Under the pieces are notes generated by a model. It saw only the letters and a program-made list of their open reading frames with translations, did no database searches and was not told the DNA's origin. A DNA stretch of 64,000 nucleotides from an uncultured SAR86 cluster bacterium (lineage in GTDB: Bacteria > Pseudomonadota > Gammaproteobacteria > Magnimaribacterales > AG-339-G14): NCBI GenBank assembly GCA_902616715.1, contig CACMTR010000003.1, forward strand, positions 16,302-80,301, in the 5' to 3' direction. The translations under genes were made by a program, and so were the position numbers. This document shows, piece by piece, positions 29,597 to 39,402 of this stretch (the first letter of the stretch is position 1; each line of letters starts with the position of its first letter).

Positions 29597-30619
29597 ATGA
29601 ATGCAATCTTTGGAGATACAATCGATAAGATTTTTTTTAGAGAATCTTTAAAAATTCTCTTTTTTGTTTCATTTTTAATATTTTCATTAGATCTTCTTTT
29701 AAATTTTGTAAAAGAATTAGAAGATTTGAATTCTAATTATTCATTTTTAGAAATTCTTCAGTATATTTTTTATATTTCGCTTAGTAGGCTATGTGAAATT
29801 TTACCTTTGTGCGCAGTAATTTCTGCAATTTTAACTTTTGGATTTTTGAATGATTCCGGTGAATTAATAGCTGCTCAAATATTAGGCAAATCCATCATAA
29901 TTAACGTTATTAATATTCTGAAACCAATAATTATCTTTTTAATAGTTACTTTATTATGTTTTGAATTCATTACACCGAAATTAGAAATTTTAGCTAAGAA
30001 TATTAAATTTAAAGATCAAGAAACAACGATTCAATCCAAATGGCTCCAAAAAAATAACGTACTTGCCAACTATTCTTTCCAAGATAATTCAGGATCCGAT
30101 ATAAAACTTTATTTCCTAAACGAAGACAAAAGATTAAAGTCAATAATTGAAGCTAAATCGTTTGAAATACAAGAAGAAAAATGGGAATTAAATGATGCTT
30201 ACGACTCGATAAAAAATGAAAATTATTCTGAATTCTATTGGGAAGAGGGGCCAAGCGTTGGAATTAATGAGGATTTAGGAATAAAAGAGCTTCCATTATC
30301 TCAAGTTTATAAAATTCTTACTCAAACTGGACCGGAAAGAGAGAAAAAAAAGATATCTTATGAGTTTTGGAAAAAATTACTAGAGCCTCTCTCAGCAGTC
30401 TCAATAATTATTTTGTCAATTGCGCTTTCTATTCTATTTTTTGAAAAGAATAAAAATTTAGAAAGACTTTTATTCGGCTCATTAATGGCATTTGGTTTTA
30501 ATTTAATATTAAAAATCCTAGGAAACATTGCAATTATTAACAATATTTCTCCAGGCCTAGCCATATTAATACCTTCTTTGATAGTAGGTTTAATGGGCTT
30601 AAAGTTGTTAAGGATTTAA
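29597..30619 (+). CDS. lptG: LPS export ABC transporter permease LptG
   Basis: Same permease family and topology, directly after lptF. I prefer ATG 29597 (MNAIFGDTIDK..) over the TTG at 29591. Confidence 0.8.
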   Translation: MNAIFGDTIDKIFFRESLKILFFVSFLIFSLDLLLNFVKELEDLNSNYSFLEILQYIFYISLSRLCEILPLCAVISAILTFGFLNDSGELIAAQILGKSIIINVINILKPIIIFLIVTLLCFEFITPKLEILAKNIKFKDQETTIQSKWLQKNNVLANYSFQDNSGSDIKLYFLNEDKRLKSIIEAKSFEIQEEKWELNDAYDSIKNENYSEFYWEEGPSVGINEDLGIKELPLSQVYKILTQTGPEREKKKISYEFWKKLLEPLSAVSIIILSIALSILFFEKNKNLERLLFGSLMAFGFNLILKILGNIAIINNISPGLAILIPSLIVGLMGLKLLRI

Positions 30620-31074
30620 TCAGATCTAATTACTTTTGTATTGGACCAAATATCATTTAAAGATTTTTTTTCTTTATTGAGAAAAATATAAAAATAATTC
30701 ACTCCAAAGCAAATATTAAATAAGAATCCATAAAAACACCTTTTTAATAAATTTTTAATAGTAAGATCTTCGTTAGAATCTCCTACTATCTTGATCTTCC
30801 AGACTTGCATTCCTAAAGTTTGTCCGTTATTTACTTTCCAAAAATATGTAAAAAACAAGAATCCTATGACTAAATAAGAAATTTGTAAGAATAATCTTTC
30901 GAATGGAGTTTCAAAAGATTTATCAAATAGAAAAGTAATTATTAAAAGAAATCCTATAATAATTCCAATAAGTAATAGGCTGTCATAAAAAAGGGCTAAG
31001 ATTCTTCTCCAGAATCCAGCTGATATATTTATTTTTGGTTTTTCAAGATCTTCAGTTGTCATGAAGATCTTCAT
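30616..31074 (-). CDS. RDD family membrane protein
   Basis: 152 aa. FWRRILALFYDSLLL (an R..D..D pattern) followed by TM helices. The 3' end overlaps lptG by 4 nt. Confidence 0.7.
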   Translation of the reverse strand: MKIFMTTEDLEKPKINISAGFWRRILALFYDSLLLIGIIIGFLLIITFLFDKSFETPFERLFLQISYLVIGFLFFTYFWKVNNGQTLGMQVWKIKIVGDSNEDLTIKNLLKRCFYGFLFNICFGVNYFYIFLNKEKKSLNDIWSNTKVIRSD

Positions 31075-31945
31075 TGAGCTTATTTACATTCAAATTCTTT
31101 CTGCATTGAATAGCTCCAGTTAAGGAATTTCTAATAAACAAAAGATCAGTTTTATTAGCTAGCTCTTTAGCTTTAAGTGATTTTACTATTTTTCCTGTTT
31201 CATCTAACATCTCAACCTTAGCTCCACTTGTAAGATAAAGTCCGGCTTCAACAGTACATCTATCTCCAAGAGGAATTCCAAGTCCAGAATTTGCTCCTAG
31301 TAAGCAGTTCCTTCCTATAGATATTTTTATATCATTCCCCCCTGAAAGGGTTCCCATTGTTGAAGCGCCTCCTCCAATATCAGAATTTTCTCCTACAACA
31401 ACTCCTTGGGAGATTCTTCCTTCTACCATAGCCTCGCCTAAAGTTCCGGCATTAAAATTTACAAATCCTTCATGCATCACTGTAGTCCCAGCTCCCAAAT
31501 ACGCTCCTAACCTTACTCTACTTGCATCTGCAATCCTGACGTCAGTTAACGATACATAATCTAAAAGAGAAGGAAATTTATCTAAAGAGAAAACTCTTAT
31601 GGCTGCGCCTTTGATTTTGTTTTCATTTATTTTTTCTGCGAGTTCATTAACATCAATTGGACCAATAGATGTCCAAGCCACATTAGGAAGAATTCCAAAA
31701 ATTCCCTCCAAATTTGTTTGGTTTGGTTTTACTAATCTAAGCGAAATTAAATGTAGTTTTAGATAAGCTTCTTGAACAGAGGATGGAGGAAGATCATCTG
31801 AAACTTCAACTAACTCGTATTCTGAAGACTTTTCTAATTTTGTCTCAGATGAAGAAATATGGTCAGGATGGAAATACATATCAAGGTATTCACCTTTTTT
31901 ATTTTTTTTTCCTATTCCTAATGCAAACCAACTTTTATTCGTCAT
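31052..31945 (-). CDS. dapD: 2,3,4,5-tetrahydropyridine-2,6-dicarboxylate N-succinyltransferase (long Pseudomonas type)
   Basis: 297 aa. Collinear with P. aeruginosa DapD as I recall it (EAYLKLHLIS.RLVKP, LPNVAWT, VRIADASRVRLGAYLGAGTTVMHEGFVNFNAGT, GGGASTMGTLSGG, LLFIRNS..GA). Confidence 0.9.
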   Translation of the reverse strand: MTNKSWFALGIGKKNKKGEYLDMYFHPDHISSSETKLEKSSEYELVEVSDDLPPSSVQEAYLKLHLISLRLVKPNQTNLEGIFGILPNVAWTSIGPIDVNELAEKINENKIKGAAIRVFSLDKFPSLLDYVSLTDVRIADASRVRLGAYLGAGTTVMHEGFVNFNAGTLGEAMVEGRISQGVVVGENSDIGGGASTMGTLSGGNDIKISIGRNCLLGANSGLGIPLGDRCTVEAGLYLTSGAKVEMLDETGKIVKSLKAKELANKTDLLFIRNSLTGAIQCRKNLNVNKLNEDLHDN

Positions 31946-31946
31946 T

Positions 31947-33113
31947 TTATAAAATATCAGAAATTTTTTCTAAGGCCTCTTTTACAATTTTTTTATTATG
32001 AACCAGTGCAATTCTTACATAGTTTTCGGCAGGATTCTTTCCATTTTTTGTTACAGCAAGATATTTTCCAGGGAGAGTAACAATATTTTTTTCTTTATAT
32101 AGTTTTTTTGAAAAGTATTCTCCATTTTCAGTCTTTAACCACATATAAAAAGCTCCATCAGGTTCCTTGTAATCAAGAATTTTATTAGCTAAGTAGAAAT
32201 TTTCGTTGTAAAAATCTCTATTATTTAAAACAAATTTTTCATCTCTCCATGCTTCACTACTAGCTATTTGAATTGGAATTGGAATGCTAACTCCATGAAA
32301 AGATCTGTACTTTTTAAAATTCTTTATAAGAATTTTATCTCCGCACACCATTCCAGATCTGAATCCAGGTAAGTTAGATCTTTTCGATAAACTATGCAAA
32401 GACATTATGTTTTTAAAATTTCCATATTTTTTAAAAGAGACTTCGATTAAACTTTTTGGAGGATTCTTACGATAAATATCTATATAGCACTCATCGCTAA
32501 CGAGATAAAAACCATATTTTCTAGAGAGTTTGATAACTTTCAAAATCTCATCTTCACTCATCACGCTGCCTGTTGGATTTGATGGAGAGCAAAGGACTAG
32601 AACTTGACACTTTTTCCATGTGCTATCTTTTACTGAGTCTAAATCAAGAGAAAAATTATTTGTGTCAATAAGATTGATATGTTTTGAAACTCCTCCAGCT
32701 AATAGAGTTGCTCCTCCATAAATTTGGTAAAAAGGGTTGGGCATTAAAATGTATGGTTTTTTGGATTTTATTTTTCTATTAAATAAAGATTGAATTACCG
32801 AGAAAGTACCTTCTCTTGTACCTCCTAAGTTCAGAATATTTTCATCCGATAAATTTTTTATGCTGAACCTTTTGTTTAAGTAATGTTTGTATGCAGAAGT
32901 TAAATCAGAAATACTGTCCATTGGAGGGTATTGTGAATAAAGTTTTTTGTTTTCATTAAGAATTCTCAAGACTTCTGGACTGGAATTTTTCTGCGGTTCT
33001 CCTATGGAAAGGTTAATAAATGGATTCTTCTTTTTATCAGGTGAAATTGTTGAAAGTAACTTCCTTAATTTATCAAATGGATAGGAGCCTATTTCAGCTA
33101 TTAAATGATTCAT
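31947..33113 (-). CDS. dapC: class I/II aminotransferase, probable succinyldiaminopimelate transaminase
   Basis: 388 aa. PLP-lysine motif SLSKRSNLPGFRSG. Lies between map and dapD, where Pseudomonas carries dapC. Substrate specificity is inferred from context only. Confidence 0.65.
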   Translation of the reverse strand: MNHLIAEIGSYPFDKLRKLLSTISPDKKKNPFINLSIGEPQKNSSPEVLRILNENKKLYSQYPPMDSISDLTSAYKHYLNKRFSIKNLSDENILNLGGTREGTFSVIQSLFNRKIKSKKPYILMPNPFYQIYGGATLLAGGVSKHINLIDTNNFSLDLDSVKDSTWKKCQVLVLCSPSNPTGSVMSEDEILKVIKLSRKYGFYLVSDECYIDIYRKNPPKSLIEVSFKKYGNFKNIMSLHSLSKRSNLPGFRSGMVCGDKILIKNFKKYRSFHGVSIPIPIQIASSEAWRDEKFVLNNRDFYNENFYLANKILDYKEPDGAFYMWLKTENGEYFSKKLYKEKNIVTLPGKYLAVTKNGKNPAENYVRIALVHNKKIVKEALEKISDIL

Positions 33114-33877
33114 ATTAAAGATTCTTCCTCTCTTAAAGTAAGAACCTCATATCCAGAATTAGTAACCAATACAGTATGCTCCCATTGAGCCGATAATCTT
33201 CCGTCAATTGTTTCAACCGTCCAACCATCCTTTTTTGATAATTTAGTTTTATGACTTCCAATATTTATCATTGGCTCTATTGTAAAGCACATGCCTTCTT
33301 TTAAAGTTAAACCAGTATTGGGAATTCCATAATGGAGAATTTGAGGATCTTCATGAAAAACTCTTCCAATTCCATGCCCACAATAATCTCTCACCACAGA
33401 GTAATGATTACTTTCAGCAATTGATTGTATCTTGTATCCAATATCACCAAGTCTTGCACCAGGCTTAACAATTTTGATGGCTTCGTACATACATTCTTGA
33501 GTAATATTTATTAATCTTTTCGCGTGAGGTTTCTCAGAACCCACCATAAACATTTTGCTAGTATCTCCATGGAAACCATCTTTTATGACTGTCACATCAA
33601 TATTCAAGATGTCCCCATCCTTAAGAATTCTTGACTCACTTGGGATACCATGACAAACAACTTGATTTATGGAAGTACATATTGACTTCGGAAAGCCTTT
33701 GTAATTCAAAGGAGCTGGAATGCATTCAAGATCTTCCGTGATGTAACTGTGACAAATTTCATCCAACTTACCAGTTGAAATTCCAGGAGCTACAAATTCA
33801 CTTATCATCTCGAGAGTTTTTGAAGCGAGTCTTCCCGCTTCTCTCATTTTTTGTATTTCTTCAGAATTTTTTATCAT
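33110..33877 (-). CDS. map: type I methionine aminopeptidase
   Basis: 255 aa. VCHGIP, the metal ligands D..D..H..E..E (DILNIDVT, GHGIG, FTIEPM, QWEHT). ATGA overlap with dapC. Confidence 0.95.
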   Translation of the reverse strand: MIKNSEEIQKMREAGRLASKTLEMISEFVAPGISTGKLDEICHSYITEDLECIPAPLNYKGFPKSICTSINQVVCHGIPSESRILKDGDILNIDVTVIKDGFHGDTSKMFMVGSEKPHAKRLINITQECMYEAIKIVKPGARLGDIGYKIQSIAESNHYSVVRDYCGHGIGRVFHEDPQILHYGIPNTGLTLKEGMCFTIEPMINIGSHKTKLSKKDGWTVETIDGRLSAQWEHTVLVTNSGYEVLTLREEESLI

Positions 33878-33899
33878 TTTATTTTAGTTAGCCTAGACT

Positions 33900-33927
33900 A
33901 AATGACTATATTTCATTATAGTCATTT
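33900..33927. promoter_or_regulatory. perfect 11-bp inverted repeat with a 6-bp spacer in the map/carA divergent control region
   Basis: AAATGACTATA-tttcat-TATAGTCATTT. The minus strand reads a perfect TATAAT (33920..33915), about 38 nt upstream of the map ATG. This could be an operator overlapping the map -10 or an RNA hairpin. No good -35 was found. Confidence 0.35.
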
Positions 33928-33954
33928 TTTAATGCAATCGGCATTAGTTGTAAC

Positions 33955-33988
33955 AATCGCGATACTTAGATTTTTTCTATGTCGCGAT
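33955..33988 (+). promoter_or_regulatory. two direct copies of TCGCGAT (core palindrome TCGCGA) 25 bp apart upstream of carA
   Basis: aaTCGCGATa at 33955-33964 and tgTCGCGATt at 33980-33989. They are the only CG-rich words in a very AT-rich 129-bp intergenic region. A T6 tract (33971-33976) and a T8 tract (33988-33995) follow the copies. The second copy reads TGTCGC, the half-site I recall for Pseudomonas ArgR. Confidence 0.3.
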
Positions 33989-34006
33989 TTTTTTTAATAT
34001 ATAGCT

Positions 34007-35128
34007 TTGAAAAATAATAAATCATCTAAAGGTAAACTTACTTTAAAATCAGGACATATTTTTTTTGGTGAAACTTTTGGCTCATCCGAGCCCCAAGTTG
34101 GAGAAATAATTTTCAATACGTCGATGTCAGGTTATCAAGAGGTTATAACTGACTTGTCTTATACTGATCAAATCATTTGTTTTACTTATCCTCATATTGG
34201 CAACGTTGGAACAAACGATGAGGATTTAGAATCTTTTACTGGTGGTTGTAAGGGGATAGTAATTAGAGAGACCACAAAAACTACTAGTAATTGGAGAAAT
34301 AAAGAAGAATTATCTTCGTTCCTTAAAAAAAAGAATATAACTGGAATATCAGGAATTGATACAAGAAAGTTAACTAGAATCCTTAGAGAAGAAGGCTCTC
34401 AACCTGCTGTAATTGCCCAAGAGGAATTTTCAGACGAAAAAATACAATCTTTATTTAATTCTTTTGGAGATTTGAAAGGAAAAGATTTAGCTAAAAAAGT
34501 TACCTGTCAAAAAAATTATAATTGGGATAAAGGCTCTATTGGTTTAAAAAAACCAAAAAAAAGATTTAAAGTTGTGGCTTATGATTTTGGAGTAAAACAT
34601 AATATTTTACGTCTGTTAGTCGATAGAGGCTGCGATATAGAAGTAGTACCTGCAAAAACCTCGCCTGAAGAAGTTTTAAAAATGAATCCAGATGGGATCT
34701 TTCTCTCTAATGGTCCTGGCGATCCAGATCCATGTGATTACGCAATAAGCTCTATAAAAACAATGTTGGAAAAAAAATTACCTATCTTTGGAATTTGTCT
34801 TGGACACCAGCTTTTAGGGCTTGCTTTGGGCCTAGAGACAGAAAAAATGAAATTCGGTCATCATGGAGCTAATCATCCCGTGAAAGACCTTAAGACAAAT
34901 GAGGTGTTTATAACCAGTCAAAATCACGGTTTCACCATTAGCGAAAATAGCGTAAAAAACAATAATAATGTGGAGGTCACTCATAGATCTCTTTTTGACA
35001 ATACTATTCAAGGTATTTCTTATGAAAATGGGAAAGTGTTCGGTTTTCAAGGTCATCCAGAAGCTAGCCCTGGTCCGCAAGATATTCGCAAATTATTCGA
35101 TAAATTTTTACAAAATATGTCAACTTAG
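34007..35128 (+). CDS. carA: carbamoyl-phosphate synthase small (glutaminase) subunit
   Basis: 373 aa. GEIIFNTSMSGYQEVITD, the GICLGHQ catalytic Cys, and FQGHPEASPGP. TTG is the only canonical start (an in-frame TAA lies at 33995-33997). E. coli carA is also reported to start at UUG. Confidence 0.95.
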   Translation: MKNNKSSKGKLTLKSGHIFFGETFGSSEPQVGEIIFNTSMSGYQEVITDLSYTDQIICFTYPHIGNVGTNDEDLESFTGGCKGIVIRETTKTTSNWRNKEELSSFLKKKNITGISGIDTRKLTRILREEGSQPAVIAQEEFSDEKIQSLFNSFGDLKGKDLAKKVTCQKNYNWDKGSIGLKKPKKRFKVVAYDFGVKHNILRLLVDRGCDIEVVPAKTSPEEVLKMNPDGIFLSNGPGDPDPCDYAISSIKTMLEKKLPIFGICLGHQLLGLALGLETEKMKFGHHGANHPVKDLKTNEVFITSQNHGFTISENSVKNNNNVEVTHRSLFDNTIQGISYENGKVFGFQGHPEASPGPQDIRKLFDKFLQNMST

Positions 35129-35134
35129 CACTTA

Positions 35135-38100
35135 ATGCCAAAAAGAAAAGATATTAGCTCGATACTTATTATAGGAGCTGGCCCAATTGTGATTGGTCAA
35201 GCATGCGAGTTTGATTATTCCGGTGTGCAAGCCTGTAAAGCTCTCAAAGAGGAAGGCTATAGAGTGATATTAGTTAATTCAAATCCAGCTACGATCATGA
35301 CCGATCCCGAGTTAGCAGATGCAACCTATATTGAACCAATCAATTGGAAATCTCTAAAAAAAATAATCTCACAAGAAAAACCAGATGCAATCTTACCCAC
35401 TATGGGAGGACAAACCGGTCTAAATGCAGCACTTGATTTAAATAAGCATGGAGTTCTAAAAGAATTTAATGTTGAGTTAATCGGAGCAACAAAAGAAGCA
35501 ATAGATAAAGCGGAAGATAGAGAACTCTTTGCTGAATGCATGAAAAAAATTGGCCTTGAAACCCCAAAAGCTGGTTTAGCCCATAATCTTGGTGAAGCAA
35601 AAAAAATTTTAAAAACGGTAGGATTCCCTTGCATCATTCGGCCAAATTTTACAATGGGCGGCTCAGGAAGCGGAATTGCCTATAATCCAGATGAATTTGA
35701 AGAAATTTGTGAGAGAGGTTTAGACTTATCGCCCACGTCAGAATTATATATCGATCAATATTTATCTGGCTGGAAAGAATACGAAATGGAGGTCGTAAGA
35801 GACAAGGCCGACAATTGCATCATCATTTGCAGCATAGAAAATTTTGACCCGATGGGTGTTCACACTGGTGATTCGATAACTGTTGCTCCAGCACAGACAC
35901 TAACCGACAAGGAATATCAAAAAATGAGAAATGCTTCTATGGCAATTCTTAGAGAGATTGGAGTAGAAACCGGCGGGTCAAATGTACAATTTTCCATAAA
36001 TCCAGAAAATGGAGACATGGTAGTAATTGAGATGAATCCAAGGGTTTCAAGATCTTCAGCATTAGCTTCTAAAGCAACAGGATTTCCAATAGCAAAAATA
36101 GCTGCAAAATTAGCTGTTGGTTTTACTTTAGACGAATTAAAAAATGATATTAGCGGTGATGGAATACCGGCATCTTTTGAACCAACTATAGATTATGTTG
36201 TTACAAAAATTCCTAGATTTAACTTCGAGAAATTCCCTGGTGCTGATGAAATTTTAACGTCACAAATGAAATCAGTGGGAGAAGTGATGGCCATTGGATC
36301 TACATTCCAAGAATCTTTTCAAAAAGCAATACGAGGATTAGAAATTGGAAAAAGTGGATTGGAAGAACTCGATACGAAGCCAACAAAATCTGAAATTCGT
36401 TCTAGATTAATTTCTCCTACTCCTGAGAGAATATTTTATATTGCTGAAGCCTTCAGAAATAACTATAAATTAGAGGAAATTTTTGATTTATCTGGTATTG
36501 ATCCATGGTTTTTATCTGAACTAGAAGAATTGATAATTTATGAAAAAGAAATTCAAAAGAAAGAGTTTTTAAAAGATAAAGAAGCTTTTAAAGGAGCAAA
36601 AAAAAGAGGTTTTTCCGACGAAAGAATTGCTCAACTTTTAAGTATTAACGAAGATGAAGTTAGAAATGCAAGAAAAAAATTGCAAATAAATCCTGTTTTT
36701 AAGAGAGTTGATACTTGCGGAGCAGAGTTTAGGACGACTACTGCTTATATGTATTCAACCTATCAGGATGAATGCGAGGCAGAACCTTCGCAAAATAAGA
36801 AGGTCATGGTCTTAGGCGGCGGCCCAAACAGAATAGGCCAAGGTATAGAGTTTGATTATTGTTGTGTTCACGCAGCTCAAGCCTTAAAAGAAGACGGTTA
36901 TGAAACAATCATGGTCAATTGTAATCCTGAGACTGTCTCGACAGATTATGATACTTCTGATCGTCTTTATTTCGAACCTATTACATTGGAAGATGTCACC
37001 GAAATAGTAGATCTTGAAAAACCAGAAGGTTTAATAATTCAATACGGAGGACAAACGCCTTTAAAGCTTGCAAGCGCACTTGAAAGCCTAAACATTCCAA
37101 TTCTAGGAACTTCTCCAGATCAAATAGATCTATCAGAAGACAGAGAGAGATTCTTAAATTTTGTGAAAAAATTTGATTTGACACAACCACCAAATGGAAT
37201 GGCCTCAAATGAAAATCAAGCCTTGAAAGTAGCTAATTTGATCGGTTATCCATTAGTTGTTAGGCCATCATACGTTTTAGGCGGAAGAGCTATGGAAATT
37301 GTTTATGACGATAAAGATTTAGTTAAATACTTGAATAGTGCATTTCAAGTAAATGATTCTAATCCAGTACTACTTGATAGGTTCTTAGATATTGCTATCG
37401 AGTTTGATGTTGAAGCGATAAGTGATGGAGAAGAAATAGTTATTTGTGGAATTTTGCAACATATCGAACAAGCGGGCGTTCATTCAGGAGATTCTGCTTG
37501 CTCTATTCCGCCTTATGATATTTCTGAATCAGTAATTACAAAAATCAAAGAAGAGATAAATAAAGTCATTTCAAATATGAAGATAGTTGGATTAGTAAAT
37601 GTTCAATTAGCTTTTGTTAATGATCAAGTATACCTTCTTGAAGTAAATCCTAGAGCATCAAGGACAATTCCTTTTGTTTCAAAAGCATTAGGTATTCCTT
37701 TAGCTAGAATTGCCGCTAGAGTTATGGCTGGAAAAAGTTTAAAAGAATTAAACTTTAAGGGAGTGCCTGATATTAAAGGTTTTTGTGTCAAAGAGGCTGT
37801 AATGCCTTTTAATAAATTTCAAAATGTTGATCCCATTTTAGGTCCTGAAATGAGATCCACAGGAGAGGTCATGGGTATTGGCGATACTTTTGCAGAGGCT
37901 TTTGAAAAAGCTGAAGTTGCTGCAGGGGTAGAGATTCCAAAAACTGGATCTGTTTTTATCAGTGTTAGAGATACAGATAAACAGTTTTTGTCAGAGATTA
38001 TCCCTTCTTTAGATCAAGAAGGGTTCAAGTTAATAGCTACTAAGGGAACAGCTAATGTCATTAAAGACATGGGTTACAAAGTTATACAAATTAAAAAAGT

Positions 38101-38326
38101 ATTAGAAGGTAGGCCTAATATAATTGATTTAATGAAAAACAAAGAAGTAAATCTTGTGATAAACACTACTGAAGGCAGAGAATCAATTCAAGATTCAGCT
38201 TCCATAAGAAGGACAGCTTTAGATCAAAAAATATGTTGCACGACAACAATTCAAGGAGCTAAGGCTATATGCGAGGTTTTGTCGAAAAAAGTTGATTGGT
38301 CTTACAAAAAATTACAAGATAACTAA
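35135..38326 (+). CDS. carB: carbamoyl-phosphate synthase large subunit
   Basis: 1063 aa. Duplicated ATP-grasp halves ([19 protein letters not shown] / [18 protein letters not shown]) and an MGS-like C-terminal domain. Confidence 0.97.
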   Translation: MPKRKDISSILIIGAGPIVIGQACEFDYSGVQACKALKEEGYRVILVNSNPATIMTDPELADATYIEPINWKSLKKIISQEKPDAILPTMGGQTGLNAALDLNKHGVLKEFNVELIGATKEAIDKAEDRELFAECMKKIGLETPKAGLAHNLGEAKKILKTVGFPCIIRPNFTMGGSGSGIAYNPDEFEEICERGLDLSPTSELYIDQYLSGWKEYEMEVVRDKADNCIIICSIENFDPMGVHTGDSITVAPAQTLTDKEYQKMRNASMAILREIGVETGGSNVQFSINPENGDMVVIEMNPRVSRSSALASKATGFPIAKIAAKLAVGFTLDELKNDISGDGIPASFEPTIDYVVTKIPRFNFEKFPGADEILTSQMKSVGEVMAIGSTFQESFQKAIRGLEIGKSGLEELDTKPTKSEIRSRLISPTPERIFYIAEAFRNNYKLEEIFDLSGIDPWFLSELEELIIYEKEIQKKEFLKDKEAFKGAKKRGFSDERIAQLLSINEDEVRNARKKLQINPVFKRVDTCGAEFRTTTAYMYSTYQDECEAEPSQNKKVMVLGGGPNRIGQGIEFDYCCVHAAQALKEDGYETIMVNCNPETVSTDYDTSDRLYFEPITLEDVTEIVDLEKPEGLIIQYGGQTPLKLASALESLNIPILGTSPDQIDLSEDRERFLNFVKKFDLTQPPNGMASNENQALKVANLIGYPLVVRPSYVLGGRAMEIVYDDKDLVKYLNSAFQVNDSNPVLLDRFLDIAIEFDVEAISDGEEIVICGILQHIEQAGVHSGDSACSIPPYDISESVITKIKEEINKVISNMKIVGLVNVQLAFVNDQVYLLEVNPRASRTIPFVSKALGIPLARIAARVMAGKSLKELNFKGVPDIKGFCVKEAVMPFNKFQNVDPILGPEMRSTGEVMGIGDTFAEAFEKAEVAAGVEIPKTGSVFISVRDTDKQFLSEIIPSLDQEGFKLIATKGTANVIKDMGYKVIQIKKVLEGRPNIIDLMKNKEVNLVINTTEGRESIQDSASIRRTALDQKICCTTTIQGAKAICEVLSKKVDWSYKKLQDN

Positions 38327-38332
38327 TTAAAT

Positions 38333-38809
38333 ATGTCTGATAGAGAGCCAATGACAAAAGAAGGCGAGTTAGCCTTACAAAGTGAACTGCAATCTCTGTT
38401 GAAAGAAAGACCTAGGATTTCAAAAGCTATTGCTGAAGCTAGAGAGTTTGGCGATCTTAAAGAAAATGCTGAATACCATGCTGCGAAAGAGCAACAAGGC
38501 ATTGCCGAGGCAAGAATAAGAGAAATTGAATCTAAACTTTCTAGATCTCAAGTTATAAATATTAAAGAAATTCCTGAAACTGGAAAAGTTATATTTGGCG
38601 CTACTATTAATTTATACGAGATCGATACCAATCAAGAAGTTAATTATAAAATCGTAGGAGAAGACGAAGCTGATGTAAAAAAAGGGAAAATTTCTTTTTC
38701 CTCACCTATCTCAAGGGCAATGATTGGTAAAGAGGCAGGGGAAACTATTAAATTTGATAGTCCCTCAGGTATTAAAGAATATGAAATAGTCTCAATTTGT
38801 CATATTTAG
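38333..38809 (+). CDS. greA: transcription elongation factor GreA
   Basis: 158 aa. [16 protein letters not shown] motif. carB-greA context as in Pseudomonas. Confidence 0.93.
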   Translation: MSDREPMTKEGELALQSELQSLLKERPRISKAIAEAREFGDLKENAEYHAAKEQQGIAEARIREIESKLSRSQVINIKEIPETGKVIFGATINLYEIDTNQEVNYKIVGEDEADVKKGKISFSSPISRAMIGKEAGETIKFDSPSGIKEYEIVSICHI

Positions 38810-38814
38810 ATCAT

Positions 38815-39393
38815 ATGTCTAGAAATTCTTCATATTTTAAAGGAGAAAGATTTAATGCCTTGGCAAAAAAAGAGGGTTTCAGATCAAGAGCTGCTTACAA
38901 ACTTATCCAGATCCAAAAAGATTTTAAATTAATTAAATCTGGAGATAATATTTTAGATTTAGGGTCGGCACCAGGCGGTTGGAGTCAGGTAGCTAGTAAT
39001 ATCTTAAATGGATCTGGTTCAATTATAGCTATTGATTTACTTCCAATGAAAAAAATTACAAATGTTGATTTTCATCAATTAGATCTAAACGATATAGATA
39101 AAATAAATTTACGAGAAATTTCTGTTGTTTTATCAGATATTGCCCCCAATATAAGTGGAGTAAACATTATTGATGATGAGAATATGATAGCCTTATTAGA
39201 AATAGAGATAAGTATAGTAGACAAATTTCTTCAAATTGGTGGAAAATACTTGTGTAAATGTTTCGAAGGCTCTTCTTTAAATTTTTTAACAAATAAACTT
39301 AAAGATCGATTTGAAATAATTAAAAGAATTAAACCTGATGCTTCAAGGTCAACTTCGAAGGAATGTTACATCTTAGGTATTAAAAAAAAATAG
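38815..39393 (+). CDS. rlmE: 23S rRNA (uridine2552-2'-O)-methyltransferase RlmE/FtsJ
   Basis: GFRSRAAYKL and DLGSAPGGWSQV motifs. Sits upstream of ftsH as in E. coli. I prefer ATG 38815 over the TTG at 38797, which overlaps greA. Confidence 0.9.
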   Translation: MSRNSSYFKGERFNALAKKEGFRSRAAYKLIQIQKDFKLIKSGDNILDLGSAPGGWSQVASNILNGSGSIIAIDLLPMKKITNVDFHQLDLNDIDKINLREISVVLSDIAPNISGVNIIDDENMIALLEIEISIVDKFLQIGGKYLCKCFEGSSLNFLTNKLKDRFEIIKRIKPDASRSTSKECYILGIKKK

Positions 39394-39402
39394 AGTAAAA
39401 AT

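Noticed and set aside
33900-33927. The palindrome read as an E. coli-type ARG box (TNTGAATWWWWATTCANW).
   Set aside because: The half-sites are TGACT/AGTCA rather than TGAAT/ATTCA, and the arm spacing is much larger than in an 18-bp ARG box. I kept it only as a generic operator or hairpin candidate.
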